A stretch of DNA of 64,000 nucleotides from Bdellovibrionota bacterium (GTDB lineage: Bacteria > Bdellovibrionota_C > UBA2361 > JAFLCA01), in contig JBIKUD010000010.1 of assembly GCA_044347745.1 (NCBI GenBank), forward strand, positions 11,741-75,740, read 5' to 3'. The notes under the pieces were generated by a model. It was not told the DNA's origin. It saw only the letters and a program-made list of their open reading frames with translations, and ran no database searches. The position numbers and the translations under genes are program-made. Shown here piece after piece: positions 1-10,800 of this stretch (positions are counted from its first letter, which is position 1; every line of letters begins with the position of its first letter).

Positions 1-1
1 C

Positions 2-343
2 CAGCTTGAACTTTTCCAGCATGAGAAACGCGGCAAAGAAAGAATAATTACCAAAGTTTCTGACGAAGAAAATTGGCAACAGGTGAAAGAAGCCCTGATT
101 CAGAATGTGGGCACGGGATCTATTCCAGTTATCAAAATTGAAGACGCCGACTTTGGAAAAAATCGCACGCTTTATCTACGTCACTATCATGATGGTAGAG
201 ATTTACTACTTGAATATGCAGAGCAAACCTTAAAGCATGTAAAGGCACTTTGGGAACGCGAAGTGGTGTTGGAAACTTTGCTTAATGGCAAAAAGTCGCT
301 GCTTAAAATAGTGGGAGATTCTTTAAAGGTTGAAAGAGCCTAA
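2..343 (+). CDS. 3' end of a gene that begins upstream of the window; product unknown
   Basis: Frame 2 is open from the first base of the window to the stop at 341-343. The listed ORF 83-343 is only its GTG-initiated tail. No motif recognised. Confidence 0.4.
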   Translation, partial: QLELFQHEKRGKERIITKVSDEENWQQVKEALIQNVGTGSIPVIKIEDADFGKNRTLYLRHYHDGRDLLLEYAEQTLKHVKALWEREVVLETLLNGKKSLLKIVGDSLKVERA

Positions 344-587
344 TTTCCCGAGTTTTATCAAACGCTTACGATATCGGATTTAATACTCTTTAGTTGAGAA
401 GAAGTCCCATATAACGTATAATTACGAGTTAGAGGGAAACTTTGGGGAAGTCGGCGAGCGCCGGTTACAGTTTCTTCTTCGGCACAGTAAAGGGTTAACC
501 CGTAATTACTGTAGGCACATACGTTGATCTTTAAGTAAACTAAACAATTAATTGTAATTGTATTTTGGGCTGTCAGCTTGGCTCTGG

Positions 588-620
588 GTCTTCATTGGTT
601 CTTCATTAGTTCTTCATTAG
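588..620. repeat. three tandem 11 bp direct repeats TCTTCATT(G/A)G upstream of the first TadE-like gene
   Basis: Sequence gtcttcattgg / ttcttcattag / ttcttcattag, 22-54 bp before the ATG at 642. The 11 bp period matches one helical turn. An AT-rich stretch with a tandem taattg lies just upstream (549-562). Confidence 0.5.
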
Positions 621-641
621 TACAGTTGAATAGGAAAGCAC

Positions 642-1607
<966 letters not shown>

Positions 1608-1727
1608 AAAGCAATCGCGCGCCCCTGCTCAACGACTCAGTGTTTGCGAAAACACTGAGTCGTTTTTGCCCCTGCTTTTGGCCCGAGTGTTTGAGACGGA
1701 TGGCCGCTTAACAGAGGGAGTGCTAAC

Positions 1728-2513
1728 TTGTTTTGCATGATAGTAGCAATTGGCAAAACTAGATCTCGCATTTCAGAAAATTCGGGCGCTACCATGGTAG
1801 AAACCGCCATTTTTCTGCCAATTTTTTTAATTCTTATTTTCTTTTGCTACTGGCTTGGGGTGATGAGCAACACCAAAGCCGCCTTTACGGTTTCTATAAA
1901 GGACGCATTGCATCTCGCGACTACTCGAAGCGATCCGCTTGTAGTAAACGGACTTGTTGCAAGTGATCCAAGCGGGAGCATTAGCCAAATTACAACCTGG
2001 TTAAATACTGGCACCAATCGGCCTGATTCCCTGCTTCTGTGGAATGGAACCACATCTAACCTGATGGGCGACGCAAATTACGGGGGCAATTATCGTCAGA
2101 CAAATTCTAACGGAGTACTGAGGAATATTAGTGGCTCTTCCGGAATTTCGGATATATCTGGTCTTCCAGCCAGCTACATCTACACCCTTGTTTTTATCTA
2201 TCAAAACCTCCGCCAAGCAGTAGGCGACACGGTGCATTACCCTTGCGACCCACTCTCAACAGCGTCAAATTTTTCTTCGTCTGGATGCTTGCTCTGTGTT
2301 TTTGAAAAACCAGATGGCTCAGGCGGATCATTTGACCCATTCACAGAGGGCGAAGGAAACATCATGCTGAGCTGCACTTTTAGACCAAACACTCTTATTG
2401 GTGAAGTGCTTCGGGCGCTTTTTAGTGTGGCCACCGGCCAAGCAAATACAACCCCTTTTGTAACCATGCGACAAACGGCGCTGGCACGAAGTTCAAATGG
2501 ATTTAGTCAATAA
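1728..2513 (+). CDS. TadE-like pseudopilin-family protein
   Basis: N-terminal SGATMVETAIFLPIFLILIF matches the TadE-like motif (G-A-x-x-V-E-x-A-hydrophobic-P) followed by a hydrophobic helix. It directly follows the first TadE-like gene. Confidence 0.6.
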   Translation: MFCMIVAIGKTRSRISENSGATMVETAIFLPIFLILIFFCYWLGVMSNTKAAFTVSIKDALHLATTRSDPLVVNGLVASDPSGSISQITTWLNTGTNRPDSLLLWNGTTSNLMGDANYGGNYRQTNSNGVLRNISGSSGISDISGLPASYIYTLVFIYQNLRQAVGDTVHYPCDPLSTASNFSSSGCLLCVFEKPDGSGGSFDPFTEGEGNIMLSCTFRPNTLIGEVLRALFSVATGQANTTPFVTMRQTALARSSNGFSQ

Positions 2514-2531
2514 GAGCTCAGGGAGTCTCGA

Positions 2532-5048
2532 ATGAAATATAGTTTCGCAAAGCGACTAAACTCGGAGTCTGGAGTAATTATTCCCCTGGCGGCGGTAGTA
2601 GCCCTCTCCGTATTTGTGGTTCTTTCTATTTTAGGTATCGACTCGGCCCTTGTGCATTACAAATCAGCACAACTTCGAAAAGAAGCTACTACAATCTGTG
2701 ATGCAATTATTGAGAAAGCGCCAGTACAACGCGCAGCTAGCTTAGCGTTTATGCGCCAGGTGAACAATCTCGACACCACCCTGGCCCCCCAAGGAGTAAG
2801 ACTAGAACGGGCGCGACTTATTATGCCCACCATGCCCAACATCTTTGTTCTTCCTAGTGGATACCGCACAACGTCGATGGACAACGATTACAGCGCTTCC
2901 CCACCCCACCTAACGGGTGCACAAAGTATGTGCTTAAACACGCTTCTTGGGGCCGAGGGGCCCTGTAACAACGGCACTTTTTGCAGCAGCCCTGACCGCG
3001 ACTTTGGGTCCTTTTTGCGCTGCGTCATTCAAGGAGATGTGTATTACGGAAATAGTCGCAACGTGGGGCCAGGTGTGAACTCTGATTTTTACCCAGCTGG
3101 CATGATGCATAATTTATCTCATGCCGGAAACATGGCTATTTGCGAGTTAGAGGCCAGTATCGCTTCAAGCCTTATCCCCGGAGTAAGACGAGCTATAAAG
3201 GGTGTTGCTGGTTTTCGCAGCCCTGCGGTGGGTTATTTTGATTCCCGCACCACCGATAACTGGGGTTTTCCAAGGGGTGTGCCCTATCCCGGACTGAGTG
3301 TTGCTGTTGCGCCGCATATGACTACCTGGCGAGATGCTTCTCCGCTAGATGCTCGCTTTCAATTTCGTAATTCCCCTGCAATTTTGAATCAAACAAGATA
3401 CGACCCGCTTGCGCCGAGCTGGAATTTTAATCCCAATTTTGCGGACTGTAGTTTATCAGCTTCATCTAGTCCGTCTGCCTGTAACGCAACTCCTGTTGGG
3501 CTATTTGGTGGCACTTTTGCTGGCATTGGAGCGCCCCAAAATTTCAATTCAGTTCCCGGACCAACAGGCAGCAATTTACAAGAGGCGCGCCTTGCTTGTG
3601 GAAACTTAGCCACCTTAGCTCGAAATGTATTTACGACTACCATTTTGGAACTTGCTGCCCGCCATGGCATGTTTAGAAATTTTACCGAGTTACTGCTGGT
3701 GGGAACCCAACACAGGAATGTCTCAGCGCAAAATCAAATATCGCCAAACTCAAACTTTCCTGTGCAAATTACGGCTTTGGGTGAAGATCTTACGGAGCGA
3801 GCTTATACGGTGCCGTATGTAAGTTATTTTTCGGGGAACAGCTCTTCCTCAATTCCAGGGTTTATCTTTGACGACATTGATGGGAGCTCAAACGGTTGGG
3901 TTGATCCATTCACGAGCGGATCTCCAGATATTCAAACCAACCACGCCTGGCTTTCTAGCCAACTGGCTTTTTGCTACCACCTGTATCGAGACACCCAAGC
4001 TTTTACGCGTTTTCCTGTCTCTCCGTTTGATTCAGCAAATTTAGACTTCGAAGATTCTGCTGCATTTTCACCGCTCGACACTCCCGAAAGGTTGAGACCG
4101 AGCGCATACGCTTCCAGTGATCCCTGGGTTCAAGCCTGTCCTTGGGAAAACCTGGCAAGTCCACTAACCTGTACACCCCCCCCTGGCACCTCCTCAAGAA
4201 AGTTACGAGCTCCAGAAATCACCAGCATGCTTGGCAGCATTCAAAACTGTCCGTATCCCATGCTTGGAGCGTATGGAGCTAACTGCGATAAATCAACTGC
4301 GAAAACATTTAGCGACAATGTCGCCAGCGCCTCAACTGCAACTTTAGATTTGCGCCCAGATTTAGTGGGGCTTGTAAAATACCTTACGCGAGCACCCTTA
4401 GGCACCTCAGTGTTTCCAGCTCTGGCTTCTCCTGGAATATTTCCATATTCAGGCCTTAATCCGACTTTCAATCAGCCATTTGGTGCTACCAACGCCAACC
4501 CCCGGCGTTACGTAGAAGCGGAGCAGATGGACTCAGATGGTCGGTCTTCAACTAGTTTGTTGCTGGTTACCCATCAACGCATAAATGGAAGTCTTGGAGC
4601 TTGTAATTGCTCTGCCCCAACGTCTGGGGACGAAGTTTGCAACCTACGATGCTTAGTAGAACAAGGCATGCGAACCCGCAGCGTAGACGGGCGCCGCGTG
4701 CGCAGACCAATTACCATAGCCTATTTTCCAACTACCGCAGCCGACGCCAGCGACGCAGCCATAACTAATTTAGCTGCAGCGTTTCAAGCAACAGTTTCTG
4801 CTTCAAAACCAGAAGATGCGAGTGTGCTGGTGTTTAGTCCCAGGGCCTTGGCAAATTCAGATACAACTTTTGAGGGCGATCTTGTAGCTGCCTGCTCTGG
4901 CGCTGCCCCTAGCTATGACTCAGCTTGTTCATTCCAGTATTATTGGACATATATTTTATCAGAACCAAATTCCTCGCTGCTCTCAATTGTAAATCAAGCA
5001 AGCTCAGTGTTTAACTCTCGGCTTACCCAGACCGGGGTCTTATATTAG
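2532..5048 (+). CDS. TadG-like large Flp-pilus pseudopilin / assembly protein (838 aa)
   Basis: N-terminus ESGVIIPLAAVVALSVFVVLSILGIDSA resembles the TadE/G-like 'Tad' N-terminal domain. The rest is a large Ser/Asn/Cys-rich extracellular-looking region. It sits between the TadE-like genes and the Flp pilin. Confidence 0.6.
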   Translation: MKYSFAKRLNSESGVIIPLAAVVALSVFVVLSILGIDSALVHYKSAQLRKEATTICDAIIEKAPVQRAASLAFMRQVNNLDTTLAPQGVRLERARLIMPTMPNIFVLPSGYRTTSMDNDYSASPPHLTGAQSMCLNTLLGAEGPCNNGTFCSSPDRDFGSFLRCVIQGDVYYGNSRNVGPGVNSDFYPAGMMHNLSHAGNMAICELEASIASSLIPGVRRAIKGVAGFRSPAVGYFDSRTTDNWGFPRGVPYPGLSVAVAPHMTTWRDASPLDARFQFRNSPAILNQTRYDPLAPSWNFNPNFADCSLSASSSPSACNATPVGLFGGTFAGIGAPQNFNSVPGPTGSNLQEARLACGNLATLARNVFTTTILELAARHGMFRNFTELLLVGTQHRNVSAQNQISPNSNFPVQITALGEDLTERAYTVPYVSYFSGNSSSSIPGFIFDDIDGSSNGWVDPFTSGSPDIQTNHAWLSSQLAFCYHLYRDTQAFTRFPVSPFDSANLDFEDSAAFSPLDTPERLRPSAYASSDPWVQACPWENLASPLTCTPPPGTSSRKLRAPEITSMLGSIQNCPYPMLGAYGANCDKSTAKTFSDNVASASTATLDLRPDLVGLVKYLTRAPLGTSVFPALASPGIFPYSGLNPTFNQPFGATNANPRRYVEAEQMDSDGRSSTSLLLVTHQRINGSLGACNCSAPTSGDEVCNLRCLVEQGMRTRSVDGRRVRRPITIAYFPTTAADASDAAITNLAAAFQATVSASKPEDASVLVFSPRALANSDTTFEGDLVAACSGAAPSYDSACSFQYYWTYILSEPNSSLLSIVNQASSVFNSRLTQTGVLY

Positions 5049-5057
5049 AGGCTCCTT

Positions 5058-5282
5058 ATGTTTATATTCCTAAAGTATAAGCCTCATTCAGAAACTGGCG
5101 CGTCGCTTACTGAATACGTTATTACCCTCGCCATTTTGCTTGTGGTGTTTCTTGTTGGTGGGTTGATTATTGAAAGAGCAGCTACCACTCGCGGTGATTT
5201 ATCAATGGGCGTTGGAGCTAGACCAGTGGCTTGTGATACGAGAACGCCGCTGGGGGCAATTGGGGGAGATGCGTGTAAATAA
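5058..5282 (+). CDS. flp: Flp-family type IVb pilin (74 aa prepilin)
   Basis: Leader MFIFLKYKPHSETG followed by ASLTEYVITLAILLVVFLVGG matches the Flp G/xxxxEY cleavage motif plus a hydrophobic helix. A GAGG ribosome-binding site lies about 7 nt upstream. Two C-terminal Cys residues. Confidence 0.7.
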   Translation: MFIFLKYKPHSETGASLTEYVITLAILLVVFLVGGLIIERAATTRGDLSMGVGARPVACDTRTPLGAIGGDACK

Positions 5283-5344
5283 AGCCGGGGGTCAGGGTTC
5301 GGATTGGAAAATGGGCCGACCGAGGACATGGTAACCGACTAACG

Positions 5345-5370
5345 GGTGTTCAGAATACAGGTCAACTGAA
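5345..5370. repeat. left copy of a 26 bp direct repeat flanking the four-helix-bundle gene pair
   Basis: ggtgttcagaatacaggtcaactgaa matches 6176-6201 (ggtgtacagaatacaggccaactgaa) at 24 of 26 positions in the same orientation. Confidence 0.7.
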
Positions 5371-5418
5371 AACGGGAACAGAAAACTGGAACTGCTCTTC
5401 AGAAAAAGAATGCGGGCC

Positions 5419-5724
5419 TCAGCCCGTACTTTTAATAAGCTTGTATACATGAGCGCCGAGACAGTCTAGCTTCTGCCAAGCCTGACTGCCTTCTTGCTCT
5501 GCCAAGATGAGTATTGCCTCACATTCGCGTAGGCTTCCCATTGCGATATCGTAGTATCGCCGCTTCTCCGCCATAGATCTTTTGCCGCTGCCCTCTCCTA
5601 AGTTCAGCACCACTGAAGCTGAGGCTCGGTTTAGCTGGTCCCTCAGGTGCCGTGGTAGGCATAGGGTTTTGCACAGGCGGTAAAATTCGACGCCGTGATT
5701 TAAAGTTCGAAAATTCTTTATCAT
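5419..5724 (-). CDS. four-helix-bundle protein (Avd / 23S-rRNA-intervening-sequence protein family), paralogue 1
   Basis: MIKNFRTLNHGVEFYRLCK..LNRASASVVLNLGEGSGKRS..AMGSLRECEAIL fits the four-helix-bundle family pattern (..NIAEG..R.S..F..A.GS..E). The listed ORF runs on to 5910 only because of the palindromic symmetry. I place the start at the ATG at 5724. Confidence 0.7.
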   Translation of the reverse strand: MIKNFRTLNHGVEFYRLCKTLCLPRHLRDQLNRASASVVLNLGEGSGKRSMAEKRRYYDIAMGSLRECEAILILAEQEGSQAWQKLDCLGAHVYKLIKSTG

Positions 5725-5730
5725 GATTAA

Positions 5731-5799
5731 GGCCCTCCGTTTGGAAAAAAAAGCAGTACCCACTCGGGTGAGTACTTTTTTTCTTCCAAACGGAGGGCC
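5731..5799. promoter_or_regulatory. 69 bp imperfect palindrome between the divergent four-helix-bundle genes
   Basis: GGCCCTCCGTTTGGAA(A8)GCAGTACCC..GGGTGAGTAC(T7)CTTCCAAACGGAGGGCC. The outer 16 bp arms are perfect. It sits in the 80 bp shared 5' region and is the symmetry centre of an inverted duplication about 700 bp long. Confidence 0.75.
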
Positions 5800-5804
5800 T
5801 ACAT

Positions 5805-6104
5805 ATGATGAATTTTCGAACTTATAAACTAGCGGTCGAGTTTTACCGCCGAACGCAAAACCTATGCCTAGCCCGGCATTTAAAAGACCAGCTAAACCGA
5901 GCAGCAGCATCGGTAGCTTTAAACTTAGCGGAGGGGCACGGCAGAAAGTCTATGGCAGATAGAAAGCGATTCTTCCAGATGGCAATGGGAAGCCTACGCG
6001 AGTGCCAGGCCATACTTGAGCTTGGAGCAAGTGGCAGCCAGCTTGTAGCAGAAGCCGACTGCTTGGCAGCTCATCTTTATAAGTTATTAAAGTATCGGGG
6101 CTAA
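5805..6104 (+). CDS. four-helix-bundle protein (Avd / 23S-rRNA-IVS protein family), paralogue 2
   Basis: MMNFRTYKLAVEFYRRTQNLCLARHLKDQLNRAAASVALNLAEGHGRKSMADRKRF..AMGSLRECQAIL is about 60% identical to the minus-strand paralogue, and also similar at DNA level in inverted orientation. Confidence 0.7.
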   Translation: MMNFRTYKLAVEFYRRTQNLCLARHLKDQLNRAAASVALNLAEGHGRKSMADRKRFFQMAMGSLRECQAILELGASGSQLVAEADCLAAHLYKLLKYRG

Positions 6105-6175
6105 GCGCCCCTTATTTCTCAGGAGCTGGAAACAGGTTTCTGAAACTGCAGCAGGTCACAGAAAACGGACCAACT

Positions 6176-6201
6176 GGTGTACAGAATACAGGCCAACTGA
6201 A
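6176..6201. repeat. right copy of the 26 bp direct repeat
   Basis: See 5345-5370. It lies between the second four-helix-bundle gene and the ftsY stop. Confidence 0.7.
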
Positions 6202-6227
6202 GCCTCAGACTAGGCCGCCCACCCCGT

Positions 6228-7772
6228 TTAAAGATACGGCTGCGTATCCCGTCTCTTCCTTCGCCTCGTCTCAGCATGAGCCGAAGCACTTGCGTCAATA
6301 TGTGCTGAACCTTGCCCATCGGCCGAGGTATCAAATAGTGCTTCAACAAAATCTCTTGCCACAAATGGCCGTAAATCTTGAGGCCCTTCTCCCACTCCGA
6401 TATAGCGCACGGGAAGCCCAAGTTCTTCCTTAATTGCCACCACGATGCCGCCTTTGGGTGTTCCATCAAGTTTGGTGACAATTAAACCAGACAATTTTGT
6501 TGCCTCGTTAAACTCGCGTGCTTGCTGCAACGCATTCTGGCCCGTGGCTCCATCAACCACCAAAATGGCTTCGTGTGGCGCTCCAGCAATATGTTTACTT
6601 ACCATGCTGCTAACGCCTTCAAGCTCCTGCATCAAATTTGTTTTAGTATGCAAGCGGCCTGCTGTATCAATTAATACCACATCCATTTGCAGCTCTTTGG
6701 CTTTGTTCATGCCCTCAAACACCACTGTTTGCGGCTTGGCATTGGGTGCGCCCGATACAACGGGCACATCAATGCGTTTACCCCACTCAACAAGCTGATC
6801 AACGGCAGCGGCTCTAAATGTGTCAGCAGCGACCAATAAAACTCTGGCCCCGGCTGCTTTCCACATATGTGCGAGCTTAGCGGTGGTGGTTGTTTTACCC
6901 ACTCCATTCACACCTACTACTAATACAACCAAAGGATCTGCACCGCGTTTTTTAGGCAAAATGGCCGCGTCCTGGTGGGCATTTTTCTCTAAAATTGAAA
7001 GCACTTTCATTTTAAGCACTGCGAGCAACCGTGGCTCATCCACTGCTGCACCAGAGGCAACTTCTGCCTTTAATTCTTCAAGCAGCGCCTGGCTTGTTTT
7101 TACGCCTAAGTCGCTACTCACAAGCAAAGCCTCAAGCTCTGCCAAAGTCTGAGGCTCTATTTGAGTTTTGCCACCAAAAAGCGAACGAATTTTTTCAAAT
7201 AAACCCAGTCGAGATTTTACAAGTCTTTTACTTAAAGATTCCGGCTCTACCTCTGGTTGGCTTAAGAGCTGGGCTGCTGGGGAAAAAGTTGGCGCTGGGG
7301 TTACGGGTTCAGCAGCTAGACTGGGTTCAGCAGTCTCTGGGGCATCAAACGTCTGAGGAGCAGCAGAAACTAAACTAGCAGCATCAACAAAACCATCAGC
7401 ATCACCACTGCCGACCGCGCCAAGCTGTTTAAGCATGGCTCGGGCTTCAGCGAGCTCTTGCTTGACATAGCCAACTTCGCCTTTAAAAAGTTCAAGTGCG
7501 CGCGCAGTTTCGGTACGCGCTTCGTTAAACTGCATCTCTAGGCGCTCAACTCGGCCACCTATATTATCGTAACGTTCAAATGCCCCCGCTTTCCCAGCCT
7601 CGCGTTTTGGGCCACGAAATAATGCAATCAAACCAAGCGTCAACGCCAAAAGTGACATCAGTAATAGAGTGACCACCACATCGGCAACCGCATTACCCGT
7701 GCCAAACTGCTTAGAGAGCTCGGTTGCATATTGCAAAAACGAGGAGGTAGTTGTTTGAAAATCCATGGGCAT
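6228..7772 (-). CDS. ftsY: signal recognition particle receptor FtsY
   Basis: GVNGVGKTTTTAKLA, DTAGR and TKLDGTPKGG motifs of the SRP GTPase family. N-terminal TM anchor plus an acidic A-domain. Located downstream of smc, a common linkage. Confidence 0.9.
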   Translation of the reverse strand: MPMDFQTTTSSFLQYATELSKQFGTGNAVADVVVTLLLMSLLALTLGLIALFRGPKREAGKAGAFERYDNIGGRVERLEMQFNEARTETARALELFKGEVGYVKQELAEARAMLKQLGAVGSGDADGFVDAASLVSAAPQTFDAPETAEPSLAAEPVTPAPTFSPAAQLLSQPEVEPESLSKRLVKSRLGLFEKIRSLFGGKTQIEPQTLAELEALLVSSDLGVKTSQALLEELKAEVASGAAVDEPRLLAVLKMKVLSILEKNAHQDAAILPKKRGADPLVVLVVGVNGVGKTTTTAKLAHMWKAAGARVLLVAADTFRAAAVDQLVEWGKRIDVPVVSGAPNAKPQTVVFEGMNKAKELQMDVVLIDTAGRLHTKTNLMQELEGVSSMVSKHIAGAPHEAILVVDGATGQNALQQAREFNEATKLSGLIVTKLDGTPKGGIVVAIKEELGLPVRYIGVGEGPQDLRPFVARDFVEALFDTSADGQGSAHIDASASAHAETRRRKRRDTQPYL

Positions 7773-7877
7773 TTACCTATCGAAATACGTAAGGTCTTCA
7801 GTTTTTAGAAGACAAAACAATAGCATGGCTATGAGGTGAGGCCAATTTAACCGCTAACTATGCGAGAATTCAGGGGC

Positions 7878-10800
7878 TTAAGCCACCTGCGAGTAGGCTT
7901 CCTGCAGAGACACTGAAATAGTGCGCGAGGCCCCCGGTTCCTGCATGGTCACGCCAATCAGCCTATCTGACGTAGCCATAGAGTTCTTATTGTGGGTAAT
8001 CATTAAGAACTGTGTGCGTTTACTCATGTCTTTAATAAGTGACAAGAAGCGCACAAGGTTAGCTTCATCAAGTGGGGCATCAACTTCGTCCAGCACACAG
8101 AGTGGGCTTGGTTTCTCCATAAACATGCCCAAGATAAGGGCTGTAGCGCACAGTGCTTTTTCACCGCCAGACATAAGCTCGATAGACTTAAGCTTTTTGC
8201 CTGGAGGACGGGCGATAATTTCAACGCCAGAATCAAGCGGCTTGCTTGGATCCAAAAGTTCGAGGGAACCTCTCCCGCCACCGAACAAACGCGGGACCAA
8301 CTTCGAGAAGTTCTCTCTAACCGCATTAAATGTTGCAACAAAGCGCTTTTCAGAGGTTTCAGTAAGGCGTTCAATAGTGCGTTTTAATACCTGCGCTGCA
8401 TGATCGAGGTCATGACGCTGCGCACTTAAATCTTCGAGGCGCTTACGTTCCTCTTCGTAACGCTGAATAGAGCTTGGGTCTACCTCACCTTCACGCGCAA
8501 TGCGTGACTTTAGTTTTCCAAGTTCTTCGCTAAACTCTTGGCGCACTTTAAGCTCAAGTCGTTGCATTTGCTCGGCGCGACTCAAAAGTACCGAAAACTG
8601 TTCTGGTCCACACTCAATTTCAATGCGCTCCCGCAAGTTTTGCCTCTCAAGCGCAACTTTCTGCACTGAAAGCTCGAGGGAATTCACGGCACTGCGAGCT
8701 TTATCCAATGCCTGGCGTGCTGCATGTACCTGGTTTGCAAAATGGGCCAACTTTTCGCGCCCCTCACGCCGCACTTTATCTTGGGAAGCATACTCTGCTT
8801 GCAGTTTTTCAAGTTCTGCTTTTAATTCTTGCTCTTGATCGGGAACTAAATTTTTAAGTTCCTCTGCTAGGCGCGCTTCTTCGGCTCGCAGCTCTTGAAT
8901 TTTATGCTCACACTCTTTTACTTGCTGCTGAGTCTTTAATACGTCTCCATCAACTTGCTCAAAGGTACGACGCTCGGCCTGTAAGCGCCCCACCACGGTG
9001 CCACGTTGATTTACAAGTTCCCTTACCTTTGCTTGGCGTTCACGGCTGCGACGTAAGGCGTCATTTTGAAGGCTCTCTGCCTCACGCAAAGCGCTTTGTG
9101 CCTCGTCTTTTGCTTTTTGAAGCTCTTGTTGTTTCGCTTCGAGCTCTTGTACCCGAGCCTCCAGTTCAATTGCCTTATTCTTTAACTGAATTACACCGCC
9201 CTCATGTCTTAGGCTGTAGAAACTATACTCAGTTAAAATATCACCATCTTGCGTAACAATGGTAATTCCTTTAGCCGAAACTCCTGAGTTTAAGAAAGCT
9301 TTTGCAGCGGCCAAAGTGTCGGCCACATAGACAGCTCCCAATAGCCTATGGGCTACAAGCGCAAACTCGGCATTCACTTCAACTACATCGAGGAGTCTTG
9401 TAAACGGGATGTCAGCTCTTGCTGCTTCAGGAGCTTCCGTTGCATCAAGCCCCGCGCGCTTAAATACGCCTAAACTGGAGCGCTTTTTCTTATCCTGTGC
9501 ATGAGAACTATAGGCCTCTGCAACAAACTGCTCTGCAACTGCCAGTGGATCTTCAGTTACCAAAAACTGCGCTCGTTCGGCCAAAACAGCTTGCGCTGCT
9601 TTTGAGTAAGCCGGAGGCACCCGAAGCCCATCAACCAGAAGCTGGCTAGACTCTGAAAGGCGTTTTAAAAACTGAGAATGTGGCGATGAAAGTGTATCTT
9701 TAAGCTGCGTAATCGGACTATTTGCAACAAGTTGTTCTTTCGCAGCACGCAGACTACTTTGTTTTGAAATGAGCTCTTCTCGCACCACCCGCAATTCTTG
9801 TTCTCGCTGGCGCAGTTGCTCGCGCTTTGAGGTGACGGACTCAGAGGCCTGACGCAGCTCGTCTTCTCCCCCTGTTTCAAACTCGGCTATTTCTTTGCTC
9901 AGCGCTTTTTCACGTTCCTCAAGATTCAATATCTCTTGCTGTGCGCTGGTTTTTCGCGAGGCCAAAGTCACAATGCGCTCTTCGAGGCGACGAGCTTCCG
10001 TGCCGCGAGCCTGCACAAATGCATTAATTTCACCGATTCGCGCTTTGCGTCCCGAACGCTGGCGTTCGCGTTGATGAATCTCCTCAGAGAGGCTATCTAT
10101 CTTTCGGCGCACCGTGTCGCTTTCTATATCAAGCGCAGAAAGTTGGCCGCGAGCCTCAATTTCTTGAGCTTGCACAAGCTGCAAAGCAGCCTCAGCCCGC
10201 TCTTGTTCAGCAACAACTCCGGCGCGCTGAGACTCTACTTGTTTTTCCGTTTCGCGAAGTTCAACGGCTTTATCTAAAAACAAGGCGTCTTCCAGCACTG
10301 CAAGACGATCTTTAATTTCCTGACGTGCTTCAGCACGGGCTGCCTGACGCTTAAGTGAGGAAACCTGGCGCTCAACTTCTTTCAAAATATCATCAATACG
10401 CGAGATATTTACGCCCGTTTCTTCAAGGCGTCTGGTTGCAGAAGCAATTTTATCTCTGAAGCCAAGTACACCAGCTGCTTCTTCCAAAATAAGTCGGCGC
10501 TCTTCGGGTTTAGCGGTCACAATGCGCGACACCTCGCCTTGAGCAACAATGGTGTGGGACCTTGCACCAAGGCCAATGGCGCGGAAAAAGTCTTTAACGT
10601 CTTTTAGGCGACAAGGAACGCGATTTATAAAAAACTCAGACTCGCCGCTACGATATAATCGACGGGTTACTTGAACCTCGTTTACTGCCTTGAGCCAGCT
10701 AAAACGTGTTAAAAAAGTGGCGGCTACAGGCTCTTTGCTAGCCTCTTCAGACTCTGTTGTCGGGGCTGGCGCTGAGCTAGGGGCATCTGCGGCTTCGGAA

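Noticed and set aside
5725-5910. N-terminal extension of the minus-strand four-helix-bundle ORF (listed as 163 aa) overlapping the plus-strand paralogue
   Set aside because: The extension reads through the palindrome and the opposite-strand gene. The conserved family sequence starts at the internal Met (ATG at 5724). The extra 62 codons are an artefact of the inverted-repeat symmetry.
5345-6201. Diversity-generating retroelement, given Avd-family genes next to surface-protein genes
   Set aside because: There is no reverse-transcriptase ORF and no template/variable repeat pair in the window. I kept it only as a hypothesis to test genome-wide.
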